Positions 8,726 to 18,800 of a stretch of 53,632 nucleotides of DNA are shown here, piece by piece. Every line of letters starts with the position of its first letter. Position 1 is the first letter of the stretch. The notes under the pieces are model-generated. The model was not told where the DNA came from. It made no database searches and saw nothing but the letters and a program-made list of their open reading frames with translations. A program made the position numbers and the translations under genes. Source of the DNA: Candidatus Daviesbacteria bacterium RIFCSPHIGHO2_02_FULL_36_13 (GTDB lineage: Bacteria; Patescibacteriota; Microgenomatia; Daviesbacterales; UBA10151); assembly GCA_001777015.1 (NCBI GenBank), contig MFCV01000039.1, positions 1 to 53,632 of the forward strand. Direction: 5' to 3'.

Positions 8726-9835
8726 ATGATACAGAAAAATATTAATAAATTACCTAAATCTGTGGTTGAGGTAACTGTAACTGCTCCATGGGCAGATATA
8801 TCTGCTACCTGGGATCAGACTTTACAAAGATTATCAGCTGATGTAGAAATAGCAGGTTTTAGGAAAGGTCAGGTTCCTATCAACATGGTTGAAACTCAGC
8901 TTGGATCCAAACTTCAGGATGAAGTATTAAAAACTGCCATGCCAAATTTTTTAATAGAAGCTCTTAAAGGTACTGATGTGGTACCAATTGATTATCCAAA
9001 ATATGATCTAGTTAATTTTGTTAAAGGACAAGGTATTCAATTTAAAGCAACTATTACTAATAGACCTGCTGTCAGCGTAGGAAACTACAAAACTATTAAA
9101 ACAGTCAGACCTGCTATTAAGCCTGTAACTGATGAAGAAGTAGGAAAAGTTTTAGACGATCTTTATAAAAGATGGAAAACTAGGCAGCCTGCAGTTAACA
9201 ATCCACAGCCTGCAGCTACACAAAATACACCAGCTGGGTCTGGATCTCTAAATTTCCAAAAGAGTGAGATTGCTTCGTCGCCTGCGGCTCCTCGCAATGA
9301 CGGAGTGGCTGAAGCGCCCGATGATACTTTTGCTAAAGCTATGGGGGCAACATCTTTAGTTGACCTTAAGGATAAAATCAGAAAAGATTTAGAAGCCAAT
9401 GTTAAATACAATAATGAACTTGACTATGAAGAAGCAATCTTGCAGGAAGTTGAGAAGATCACTACTGTTGAGCTGCCTGATATTTTAATTGCTGATGAGC
9501 TAAATAGGATGCTTGTTTCACTTCAAAGGAGAGTAGCAGACATGGGACTTCTTTTAGAGGATTATTTAAAAGGACAAAATAAAACTTTAGAGCAAATTAA
9601 GCAGGAATGGAAGCCACAGGCAGAGAAAAATGTCAGAATGGAATTAGGTTTAGCTGATATCGCAAGACAGGAAAATGTCACAATTTCTGACCTTGAACTT
9701 CAGGCAGAAGTTGATAAAATCACTGATGCCAAAGTCAAAAAACAATTTGAATCACAAGAGCCAAGATTGCACCTAAGGCATGCTCTCCGCCAAACCAGAA
9801 CCTTAGATCTTCTCAAAAAGATGGTAGGAGGTTAA
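8726..9835 (+). CDS. tig: Trigger factor (FKBP domain apparently absent)
   Basis: IAGFRKGQVP ribosome-binding motif and a C-terminal chaperone domain. The middle is a low-complexity linker. Confidence 0.9.
   Translation: MIQKNINKLPKSVVEVTVTAPWADISATWDQTLQRLSADVEIAGFRKGQVPINMVETQLGSKLQDEVLKTAMPNFLIEALKGTDVVPIDYPKYDLVNFVKGQGIQFKATITNRPAVSVGNYKTIKTVRPAIKPVTDEEVGKVLDDLYKRWKTRQPAVNNPQPAATQNTPAGSGSLNFQKSEIASSPAAPRNDGVAEAPDDTFAKAMGATSLVDLKDKIRKDLEANVKYNNELDYEEAILQEVEKITTVELPDILIADELNRMLVSLQRRVADMGLLLEDYLKGQNKTLEQIKQEWKPQAEKNVRMELGLADIARQENVTISDLELQAEVDKITDAKVKKQFESQEPRLHLRHALRQTRTLDLLKKMVGG
9266..9302. repeat. CGTC-type REP-like element in frame in tig (encodes EIASSPAAPRND)
   Basis: Reverse strand reads CGTCATTGCGAGGAGCCGCAGGCGACGAAGCAATCTC, with an ATTGC/GCAAT stem. 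GC-rich. Confidence 0.85.
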
Positions 9836-9836
9836 T

Positions 9837-10166
9837 CTGGACTGTCTATTCTGCAAAATTATAAAAAGGGAAATTCCCTCAAATATAGTACATGAGAATG
9901 ATTCCTTGGTAGCTTTTCCAGATATAAATCCTTCAGCTGACGTACATTTATTAATAGTGCCTAAAGAGCATATTGGAAGAATAGAAGATTTAGGTAAAGG
10001 ATCTGGATCAATATTGGAAGAAGTATACCTGGCTGTTAATAAGTTGGTGGCAGATTTTAATTTAAAAGACAATTTATACAGAGTGGTGGTAAATGGTGGG
10101 AAAGCCCAGCATGTACCCCATTTACATTTTCACCTACTAGGTGGACAATGGAAGAAATACGTTTAA
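9837..10166 (+). CDS. HIT family nucleotide hydrolase (HINT-like), probable CTG start
   Basis: DCLFCKII at the N-terminus and the HLHFHLL triad. An in-frame TAG at 9825 leaves CTG 9837 as the best start. Confidence 0.88.
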   Translation: MDCLFCKIIKREIPSNIVHENDSLVAFPDINPSADVHLLIVPKEHIGRIEDLGKGSGSILEEVYLAVNKLVADFNLKDNLYRVVVNGGKAQHVPHLHFHLLGGQWKKYV

Positions 10167-10181
10167 CCCCGCCCTGCGGGG
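10167..10181. terminator. GC hairpin between HIT and rpsU (terminator or REP-like)
   Basis: CCCCGC-CCT-GCGGGG immediately after the stop. No U-tract. Confidence 0.4.
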
Positions 10182-10211
10182 GGTGAGTCAGGAGGTGTTC
10201 TTTTATACTTT

Positions 10212-10409
10212 ATGTCAATAATAGTTAAAGCAAATCCTGGTGACAGTAGCGATTCTGTTATCAGAAAATTTCAAAAAAAGGTTATTGCTGAAGGTTTAGT
10301 TCAGGAAATCAGAGACAGGTCTGTTTATAAAAAGCCTTCACAACGCCGTCAGGAATATTTGGCTGAAAAACGCCGAAAAATAATGAGAGCCAAAAGATAT
10401 GGTGGATGA
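10212..10409 (+). CDS. rpsU: 30S ribosomal protein S21
   Basis: 65-aa basic protein with IRKFQKKV and YKKPSQRR. Upstream of yqeY as usual. Confidence 0.9.
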   Translation: MSIIVKANPGDSSDSVIRKFQKKVIAEGLVQEIRDRSVYKKPSQRRQEYLAEKRRKIMRAKRYGG

Positions 10410-10863
10410 TATTGCAACTGCTCTAAAGCAAGCTCAGCTCGACAGGGATGAGACTAAAGTATCAACCCTAAGACTTCTTTTATCTGAAATTAAAAATGCA
10501 GAGATTGCTAAAGGTGGAGAGCTTTCCAACGAAGATATAATTTCTGTTGTTCAAAAAGAGATTAAGAAAAGAAAAGAAGCAGCTATTGGTTTTAGATCCG
10601 GAGGTAGGGAAGAATCTGCCTTAAAGGAAGAGGCAGAATCAAAAGTGCTGGAAGTTTATCTCCCTGCTCAAATGGAAGTTGACCAGTTGACTAAAATAAT
10701 TGAAGACACTATAAGCGAAGCTTGCCAGCTCGCGCTGGTAACTGGTTCAGAAAAGCCCTCTTTACAAGACATGGGTAGGATAATAAGATTAGTTATGGAT
10801 AAGGTAAAAGGTCAGGCAGATGGTGGAACAGTTAGTTTATTAGTTAAACAGAAGCTTTCATGA
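10399..10863 (+). CDS. yqeY: GatB/YqeY domain protein
   Basis: LRLLLSEIKN, KKRKEA, YLPAQM, DMGRII, GQADG. Confidence 0.92.
   Translation: MVDDIATALKQAQLDRDETKVSTLRLLLSEIKNAEIAKGGELSNEDIISVVQKEIKKRKEAAIGFRSGGREESALKEEAESKVLEVYLPAQMEVDQLTKIIEDTISEACQLALVTGSEKPSLQDMGRIIRLVMDKVKGQADGGTVSLLVKQKLS
10712..10741. repeat. TAAGC-GAA-GCTTG hairpin element in frame in yqeY
   Basis: TAAGCGAAGC-TTGCCAGC-TCGC-GCTGGTAA, with TAA repeated 27 nt apart. Shares an exact 15-mer with the proS copy. Confidence 0.8.
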
Positions 10864-11270
10864 TAAATATAATTGTAAATTCAGATCCCAGATACAACAT
10901 TAACAAAGATGCTATTAAAATGGCAGTTTCAGATGTTTTGCAAAAGCATCATATCGGGGGAAAGGTTGAGCTTGGGGTAAGTATTGTAGGTGACAGGAAA
11001 ATGCATGAGCTTAATAGAAAATACAGAGGTATTGATTCCACAACAGATATTTTGTCTTTTGCCCTGGAAGATTCAAATCCTGGTAGCTTACAGCATATTC
11101 CAAGAATTGGATTTGTAGCTGCACCTGATAGATGGCTTAGACTTGGGGATATTATTATTTCTTATCCACAGGTAATGGAAGATGCATCAATGGATGGAAT
11201 TTCTGTTGATCAGGAGATAAAAACTTTAGTTGAACATGGTGTAAACCACCTGCTTGGAATCCATCACTGA
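10860..11270 (+). CDS. ybeY: rRNA maturation RNase YbeY
   Basis: LNRKYRG, TDILSF, LGDIIIS, HGVNHLLGIHH. Confidence 0.93.
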   Translation: MINIIVNSDPRYNINKDAIKMAVSDVLQKHHIGGKVELGVSIVGDRKMHELNRKYRGIDSTTDILSFALEDSNPGSLQHIPRIGFVAAPDRWLRLGDIIISYPQVMEDASMDGISVDQEIKTLVEHGVNHLLGIHH

Positions 11271-11271
11271 T

Positions 11272-12846
11272 ATGAGTGCATTTTATTTAAAATACAGACC
11301 CCAGTCTCTGGGAGATTTAATTGGACAGGAAGCCTCTAAAAAGGCACTGATGTCAGCTTTTCAAAATAATAAACTATCTCATGCCTATCTTTTTGTAGGA
11401 CCAAGAGGAACAGGTAAAACTTCCACAGCCAGAATTTTAGCCAAAATGGTTAACTGTTTGGATAAGGATGCGCCTTGTAATAAGTGTACTATTTGTACCT
11501 CTATCACTGATGGATCTAATCTTGACCTGATAGAAATTGATGCTGCCTCAAACAGAGGAATAGAAGATATAAGAGCTTTAAGGGAAAAAATAAAACTTGC
11601 CCCATCGTCTCTTAAGAAAAAAGTCTACATAATTGATGAGGTTCATATGTTAACTACCGAGGCTTTTAATGCACTTTTGAAAACTTTGGAAGAGCCACCT
11701 GCCCATGCTCTTTTTATTCTAGCTACCACAGATGCTTCTAAAATGCCTGCAACGATACTTTCCAGGGTTCAAAGATTAGATTTTAAACTGGCAAATCCTT
11801 CAGAACTTTTGGAGGCTTTGCAAAAAATAATAAAGTCAGAAAAAATTGATATTGATGAAGAGGCTCTAAAATTACTTATTAAAAAATCAGAAGGAAGTTT
11901 TCGGGATGGGGTTAAACTTTTAGATCAAGCCTCCTCCATAGGAGGCAAAATAACTGCTGAAGTTTTGGAAAAAAATCTAAAATCCTCTAACTTTGAAGAG
12001 ATTTTAAGTTTAATGGAAGCTATCAGCAAAAAAGACACAGAAGCATCCCTGCTTTGGATTAATAAACAAACTGAAGAGGGATCTGACAGCAAGGATTTAA
12101 TTTTATCCTTAATGGAAAGTTTAAGATCCCTAATTTTTATAAAGAATGGATTGGGTAGTCAATTGGTAGAGTCAAAAATGATGGCAGAACAGTATCAAAG
12201 TTTAGTCAAAGTTTCAGAAAATTTTACAAATTCTGATTTAACTAAAAATCTGGATAGTTTACAAAAAGCCTTAGAAAAATTGAAAACAACATCAATTCCC
12301 TCACTTCCACTAGAGGTGGCAGTAGTGGAAATATGTTCCGAAGAAAAAATTTCTATTAAGAAAAGCGAAGACGTCGCTGCCAGTGCAGTCCAATCTCTGT
12401 CTGAGCAAGGCGAGTCCGTAGCAGACGAGCCGGTCCGCCAACTGGCGGATGCGAGTTTGATTGGCGAGCACAGCGATGTCGAGCTAACACCATCAGCTGA
12501 TATATCTTTATTAAAAGATAAATGGACTTATGTTTTAGAAACCATCAGGCCATATAATTTTTCGCTGGAAGCACTGCTTAGATCTATAAGTGTTAGAGAG
12601 TGTACTCAAACTTTAGTTTTGATGGAGGTTCCTTATTCTTTCCATCAAAGGATTTTGGAGGCCCCAAAAAATAGGGATCTTTTGGAATCTATTTTTTCTG
12701 AAATTTTAGGAAGAACAATTAAAGTCTCTACTGTCTTAGGCAATAGACCTTCAAGAACAGAAGATGTAGCTAATATAGAGATAGCAGCTGATGATGAAAT
12801 AATCAGAGTAGCTGCAGAAATCTTTAACTCTGACTCTGTAAATTAA
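11272..12846 (+). CDS. dnaX: DNA polymerase III subunit gamma/tau
   Basis: KYRPQ, GPRGTGKTS, zinc-binding Cys residues, EIDAASNRG, IIDEVHML. Start placed at ATG 11272. Confidence 0.97.
   Translation: MSAFYLKYRPQSLGDLIGQEASKKALMSAFQNNKLSHAYLFVGPRGTGKTSTARILAKMVNCLDKDAPCNKCTICTSITDGSNLDLIEIDAASNRGIEDIRALREKIKLAPSSLKKKVYIIDEVHMLTTEAFNALLKTLEEPPAHALFILATTDASKMPATILSRVQRLDFKLANPSELLEALQKIIKSEKIDIDEEALKLLIKKSEGSFRDGVKLLDQASSIGGKITAEVLEKNLKSSNFEEILSLMEAISKKDTEASLLWINKQTEEGSDSKDLILSLMESLRSLIFIKNGLGSQLVESKMMAEQYQSLVKVSENFTNSDLTKNLDSLQKALEKLKTTSIPSLPLEVAVVEICSEEKISIKKSEDVAASAVQSLSEQGESVADEPVRQLADASLIGEHSDVELTPSADISLLKDKWTYVLETIRPYNFSLEALLRSISVRECTQTLVLMEVPYSFHQRILEAPKNRDLLESIFSEILGRTIKVSTVLGNRPSRTEDVANIEIAADDEIIRVAAEIFNSDSVN
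12364..12485. repeat. Long GC-rich fold-back element in frame in the dnaX linker
   Basis: About 61% GC by hand count. Stems 12370-79/12471-80, 12390-95/12459-64, 12399-403/12422-26, and nested TCCGCCA-AC-TGGCGGA. Confidence 0.8.
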
Positions 12847-12861
12847 TTATACCGCCGCAGA

Positions 12862-12890
12862 TTGACTTATCCGATAGTTTGGAGTATTGT
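12862..12890 (+). promoter_or_regulatory. sigma70-type promoter of the giant surface protein
   Basis: TTGACT-17 nt-TATTGT, with an in-frame GTG 7 nt downstream. Confidence 0.55.
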
Positions 12891-12897
12891 GCAAGTT

Positions 12898-15800
12898 GTG
12901 AGAGTTTTTAGAAAATTTATTTCTTCCTTATTAATTACTACCCTTCTTTTCTTTCAAGGATTAATCTATCCAATCATTCCTTTTGTTACCCCAGTTCATG
13001 CAGCTATTATAGGAACGTTTTCTGCAAATGAAACAGTAGCAAATGCAACAACGGGTGCTGCTATTCAAACCTTCACTAATGCCAGTATAACTCCTAATGA
13101 TCCAGCCGGAGCGAACACTCAAACAAATGTTACTGCAGAAACTCAAGCTAATGTTTCAGAAGTTAAAGCCACTAGGATTTTAACAGTTGGTGTACTTCCA
13201 GCTAATGCGGACACTATAACTATTGGTTCATGTGCAGTAACCTTTACAACAACAGCAAGTTCAACTGCAGACGATACTGATTGTGCTGGTGGTGCCATTA
13301 TAGATACAAATCTTGATGCTGGTGATACTAATAGAACAATAGATGAAATAGCTGCAACACTACGCAGTTTATCAAATGTAGCTGATGCTGCTCATGGAAA
13401 TTTGACTGTTGGGGGTTCTGGTACTACCGCCTCTTTTACAACTACCAATACAGAAAATAGTGCTTCTGACATTACATTTACAGATGGCACTGGGGGCGAC
13501 ATAACTGCTACCACTACTACAACTGGAGTAATTCCTGTCGCACAAGTAAGTACTGTAACACCTGCTAATATAGAAGTTGGAGATGTATTTACTGCCACAA
13601 TTAACGGTCTTGCTGTTAACTTTACTGCTACTGCAGGAACTGTTGTAAATGTTACAGATGGTTTAACAACAGCTATTAATGCTAGTGCTCAAGCTAGCAA
13701 TGTGACAGCAGTTGATAATACTACAGAAGTTCAAATTACTTCTGATAGTGCAGGTACTTCTTTTACTATAACTTCTGGAACTACTAATTATGCAGGTGTT
13801 AAACAGGTTGATGATTTAACCCCATCAAATATAGAAGTGGGAGATATATTTACTGTAACTGACGTATCAACAGATCCTGTAAATGTAACAGCTACTTCAA
13901 CTTCCGCAATGACTTTGGTGAATTCTTTAGTCACTGCAGTTAATGGTGCAACTGGAGTAACAGTTGCTTCAAATAGTGCTAATAAATTAAGACTAACAGC
14001 AAATGTTGCTGGAACTGGATTTACAGTAATTCCATCAACAACTAATAGAGTTGCAGTTGCTCAAGTTGTTACTTTTACTCCAGCAAATGTAACAGCAGGA
14101 GAAACATTTAGAGCAATTATAAATGGAACTAATTATGATTATTTAGCGGATTCTGGTAATACAGTAGATACAGTAGTTAGTGCTTTGGCTCTTCTTATGG
14201 ATGCAAATGCAGCCGCAGATTGTACTGAGGATAATAATACAAAGGTTACTTGTACAGCATCTGCAGCAGGAACTGCATTTACAGATGATGTACCTAATGC
14301 AGCAACAGTATTTGATATAACTGCACCTGCAGCTCCATCCATACCAAACCTTGATGATGCAAGTGATTCTGGAACTTCAAATTCAGATAACATCACAAGT
14401 GATACTACGCCAACATTTAGCGGAACAGCTGAGAGTAGTTCAACAGTAAAGCTTTATGATAGCGATGGTACTACTGAAATTGGTAGCGGTACAGCTACAG
14501 GTGGAGATTACAGTATAACTACCTCAGCACTTTCAGATGGAGTACATAGTATTACTGCAAAAACTACTGACACTGAAAATAATACTTCAGCTGCCTCCAG
14601 TGCCTTAGATGTAACTATCAATACATCAGCTCCTTCAGCAGTAGTAACTTATTCTATCAACAGCGCAGTCAAGGATACTGATACTTTGGTAATTACTGCA
14701 ACATTTAGTGAAGATATTGTAAATACTCCAAAAATTGCTATCACAGGAAGTGACACTTTAGCGGCTACTGATATGACTTTTTCTTCTGCTACTGTCTTTA
14801 CTTATAGTCATAATGTGGGAACGGGTAATGGTACTGCCACAGTTGCTTTGAGTGTTGGAGAGGATGCTGCAGGAAATGTAGTAACTTCTGCTCCCACAAC
14901 TGGTGCAACATTTACAGTAGATAATTCAGTTCCTACTATATCTTCTATTACCACCAAAGATACCAGTGGTGATGGCAGGGTAGAGACAGCTACTATTGTC
15001 TTTAATGAAGCAGTTGATGATTCAACTTTCTCAGCAGACGATTTTACCATCGCAGGAGCTGCTGTTACCTCATTTAATTTTGGTACCGCTGATGATGACA
15101 GCTTTGATGTAATTGTGAACGGTGGTGTAGCTGGTACTGAGGCAAAACAAGTAACTTATACTCAAGGTACAGGTGCCGATCTAGCAGATAATCTTTTGGC
15201 AAATGTGGCTAATGGAGATGAATCAGAAACAGATGGAGCAAGCCCGGTACTGCTTTCTGCTAGAACCTTCTCAACTACCCAAATTGACCTTACTTTTAGC
15301 GAGGATTTAGACGGTGCTTCACTAGCAATGTCTGATTTTACTGTAAGTGGATATACTTTAACTGGTGGAGTTAGTGAGCCTTCTGCAGGGGTCGCGAGAT
15401 TAACAGTATCTTCTGCTTTTGCTACTAACGCAACCCCAGCTGTGTCTGTGGTTGGAACAGTTCCTGACCTTGCCTCAAATAATGCGATAACAGTTTCGAA
15501 TGTGATTCCAACTGATGGTGTTGCACCGGTGCTTTCTCCAGTCAGTATTGCATCAGATAATACAATCAGTGCACTATTCGGTAAAATCGGAGCAACTGTT
15601 ATTTTAACCTTTACTGCCAGCGAAACTATTAATGCTCCCACAGTGACTATTACTGGTAGTTCCGTCACACCAACTAATCCAAGTGGGAATAATTGGATAG
15701 CTGCTTACGAGCTAACTATAGCTAACTCAGAAGAAGTGGTTCCTTTCAATATTTCTTTTAGTGATACTTCAGCAAACTCAGGTACTCCTGTGACTGCTAC

Positions 15801-18800
15801 CACGAACAGTTCATCTGTCACCTTTGATAAAACTGTTCCTACTATCCCTGGTATGCCTTCCACTACAACACCTACTAATTCTTCACCTCAGAATTGGAGT
15901 TGGACAGCGTCCTCGGATGTTTTATCAGGTTTTTATCTATATAACTGGAGAGCTGTTCAGGGTGTGACAGAAGTTACTGGTACTAGTAATATCAACTCTG
16001 CCCTCAGTTCCTTAGTAGAAGGTATTTGGAATTTCTTTGTTAAAGCTATAGATAATGCCGGTAATGAAAGTGCGGAGTCAAGTGTTGGGACTGTAACTGT
16101 TGATCAAACTCAACCTGATACTTTTTTAACAGCTTATTCTCCAGATCCTTCCAAAGATAACACTCCTACCTATACAGGAACAGCTACGGATGAAGCCACT
16201 AATATTACTGGAGTTGAGTACAGAGTTGATGGAGGTTCCTGGACTGCTGCTTCTGCCACCGATGGATTATTTGATTCCACCTCAGAAAATTTTACCTTTA
16301 CAATCTCTACTTTATCAGATGATACTCATATAATTGAAATTAGAGCTACAGATGAGGCTGTAAATGTAGAAACTTCCTTTGCATCTGATACTTTGCTGGT
16401 TGATACTACAGTTCCAGATGCTCCAACGATTACTCTTTTAGACCCAATATATATTGGCAATCAAGAAGCAGTAACAATTACAGGTACAGGTGAAGCAGAT
16501 GCTACCTTTACCTATACTATTACAGATACTGATTTAAATGTTGTTTCAGGTAATGGTGTAGTTGGTGGAGATGAATCAATCACTATAAATGCTATCGATG
16601 TCTCTACATTAGTTGATGGAGAATTAACAGCTTCAGTAACTTTAACAGATGCTGCAGGAAATAGTGGTTCAGCTGGTACGGCTATCGCTACTAAAGATAC
16701 AGTTGCACCCGATCTTCCAGGGGTTCCTACTGTTGGAGGAGATAATTTAGTTAACTATGACGAATGGAATGATGGCAGCATTATTGTAGAGGGAACTGCA
16801 GATGCTGGTTCTTTAGTAACTGTTAATATTGAAGATGATTGTGGAAGCAGTACGAGTGGATCTGAACAATTATTAGGTGGTGCAACAGACTATTCAATTA
16901 CAACAAGCGCTGATCTTTGTGATGGGCCATATTATGTGTCAGTAACAGCCACTGATGCCGCAGGAAATATAAGTAGTACACAAGATGGAGCAAGCGTTAC
17001 ACAGGATACGGAAGCTCCAACTTTAAGTCCAGTTTCTATAGCTTCATCTAATTCAAATAGCTCTTTTGCTAGAGTTGGGCATACTGTTACTGTAAGTTTT
17101 ACATCTGATGAAACAATTCAGGATCCCATTGTTACTATTGCTGAACAAAGTGCAACTTTAAATCTACAAATTGGTACTGAATGGAGCGTTTATTACACAA
17201 TGACTGCAAATGAAACAGCAGGTAATGTGCCTTTTACGATTGACTTTAGTGATTTGGCTGGTAATCCTGGAGAACAAGTGAGCGCAGCAGATAATTCACC
17301 AGTTATTTTTGATAAAACAGCTCCTGAAATTACTGAAGTAACATTAAAATATGCAGGTACTTCAAATGATGCTCTTGTTGTACAAAATGAAGATGTACTA
17401 ACATTGACTGCAACTGTGACTGATGATGCTAACCAGGTAGAAATGATGCCTGAGGATATTAGTGCAGACTTTACTGGTTTGGGTGGAACTATCGGTGTTA
17501 ATAACCCAACAAGTTATATAGATGGAGTTGCAACTTGGGATGATATAGAAGTTTCAGGAACTATTGATGAGGATATAACTGTGACAGTTGATGCAAATGA
17601 TCCAGCATCTAATCCTGCTAATCAGGGCTCTATAATAACTGATGCCAATAACAGTACTCCTGTTGGGGTAACAGATTCTGTTACAGTTGTTGAAGATACA
17701 GATTTGGATATTCCTACTTCAGATCTTTTAGAGAATGATACTGATGCTGGGGAAGATAGCTTAACTATAACTGCTGTTTTTAATGCTGTTCATGGAACTG
17801 TTTCTCTTTCTGGAAGCACTATAACATTTACCCCTGAGGCAGGTTATATTGATAATGAAGCAAGTTTTACTTATACAGTTTCTGACGGATTTTTATCAGC
17901 AACAGGTACTGTTAACGTAACAGTTAACCCACCAGTTGCAGAAGATGAGGTTTTACTGGAACCTGAAACAGAAGTTGATAGCTCTCATCCAAATATTGTA
18001 GTTGGAGAAACAGATGAAGATTCGACTATAACTATTCCAGCAGGGGTTAATAATGCCACAATTGATTTAAGTAATTTGATAGAAACCTCAGGAGGTAATG
18101 ATGAGGTAACATTAGATAATTCTATTACTCTAGAATCAGATACTTCTGTTGGAGAGGTCAGTATTGAGATTCCAGCTGGAATAACTATTTCCGGTCCATC
18201 CAGCACTTGGGATGGAGTAGTTAATGCCCCACAAATTCAAGCTAATAGTAGTGTAGCTATTGGTAGCTTGTCTGGATCTACCTCAACTCAAATACTTTCT
18301 GTAATTGAGGTTGGGTTTGGAGATATTCTCCTGACTTTTGATAAAGCTGTAAAGATTGTTATTGAGGGTGGAAATCAGGTTCCTGTAGGGTATTCAAGAG
18401 CAGGGATTTTTACTGAAATAACTAATACTTGTATAGATAATTCTCAAGCTGGTAATGATGCTAATTTAGCTGCTGGAGCTGAATGTAAAATTTATGTTGG
18501 GGGAGATGCTGTTATCTGGACAAAGCATTTTACAAAATTTGTCACTTTTAGTAAAACTGATGGAGCATCTGTTCCGCAGCCTGGTGCACCTACCTACAAT
18601 TCAACCCCTCCAGTATGTAATGATAGTAAACCAGGCGGAGCGCCAAGTTTTGTATCAGCTCAAGCTGGAACAAATTCTGTAACATTGACCTGGACAGGAG
18701 CACCTGATCCTGTAACTTATTACCTGATAACTTATGGAACAACAACTGGTGCCCAAACTTATGGCAATCCAAATGTTGGAGGAAAAGGTTCAACATCCTA

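Noticed and set aside
12340-12366. E. coli-type dnaX -1 frameshift site
   Set aside because: No in-frame A AAA AAG heptamer or A9 run.
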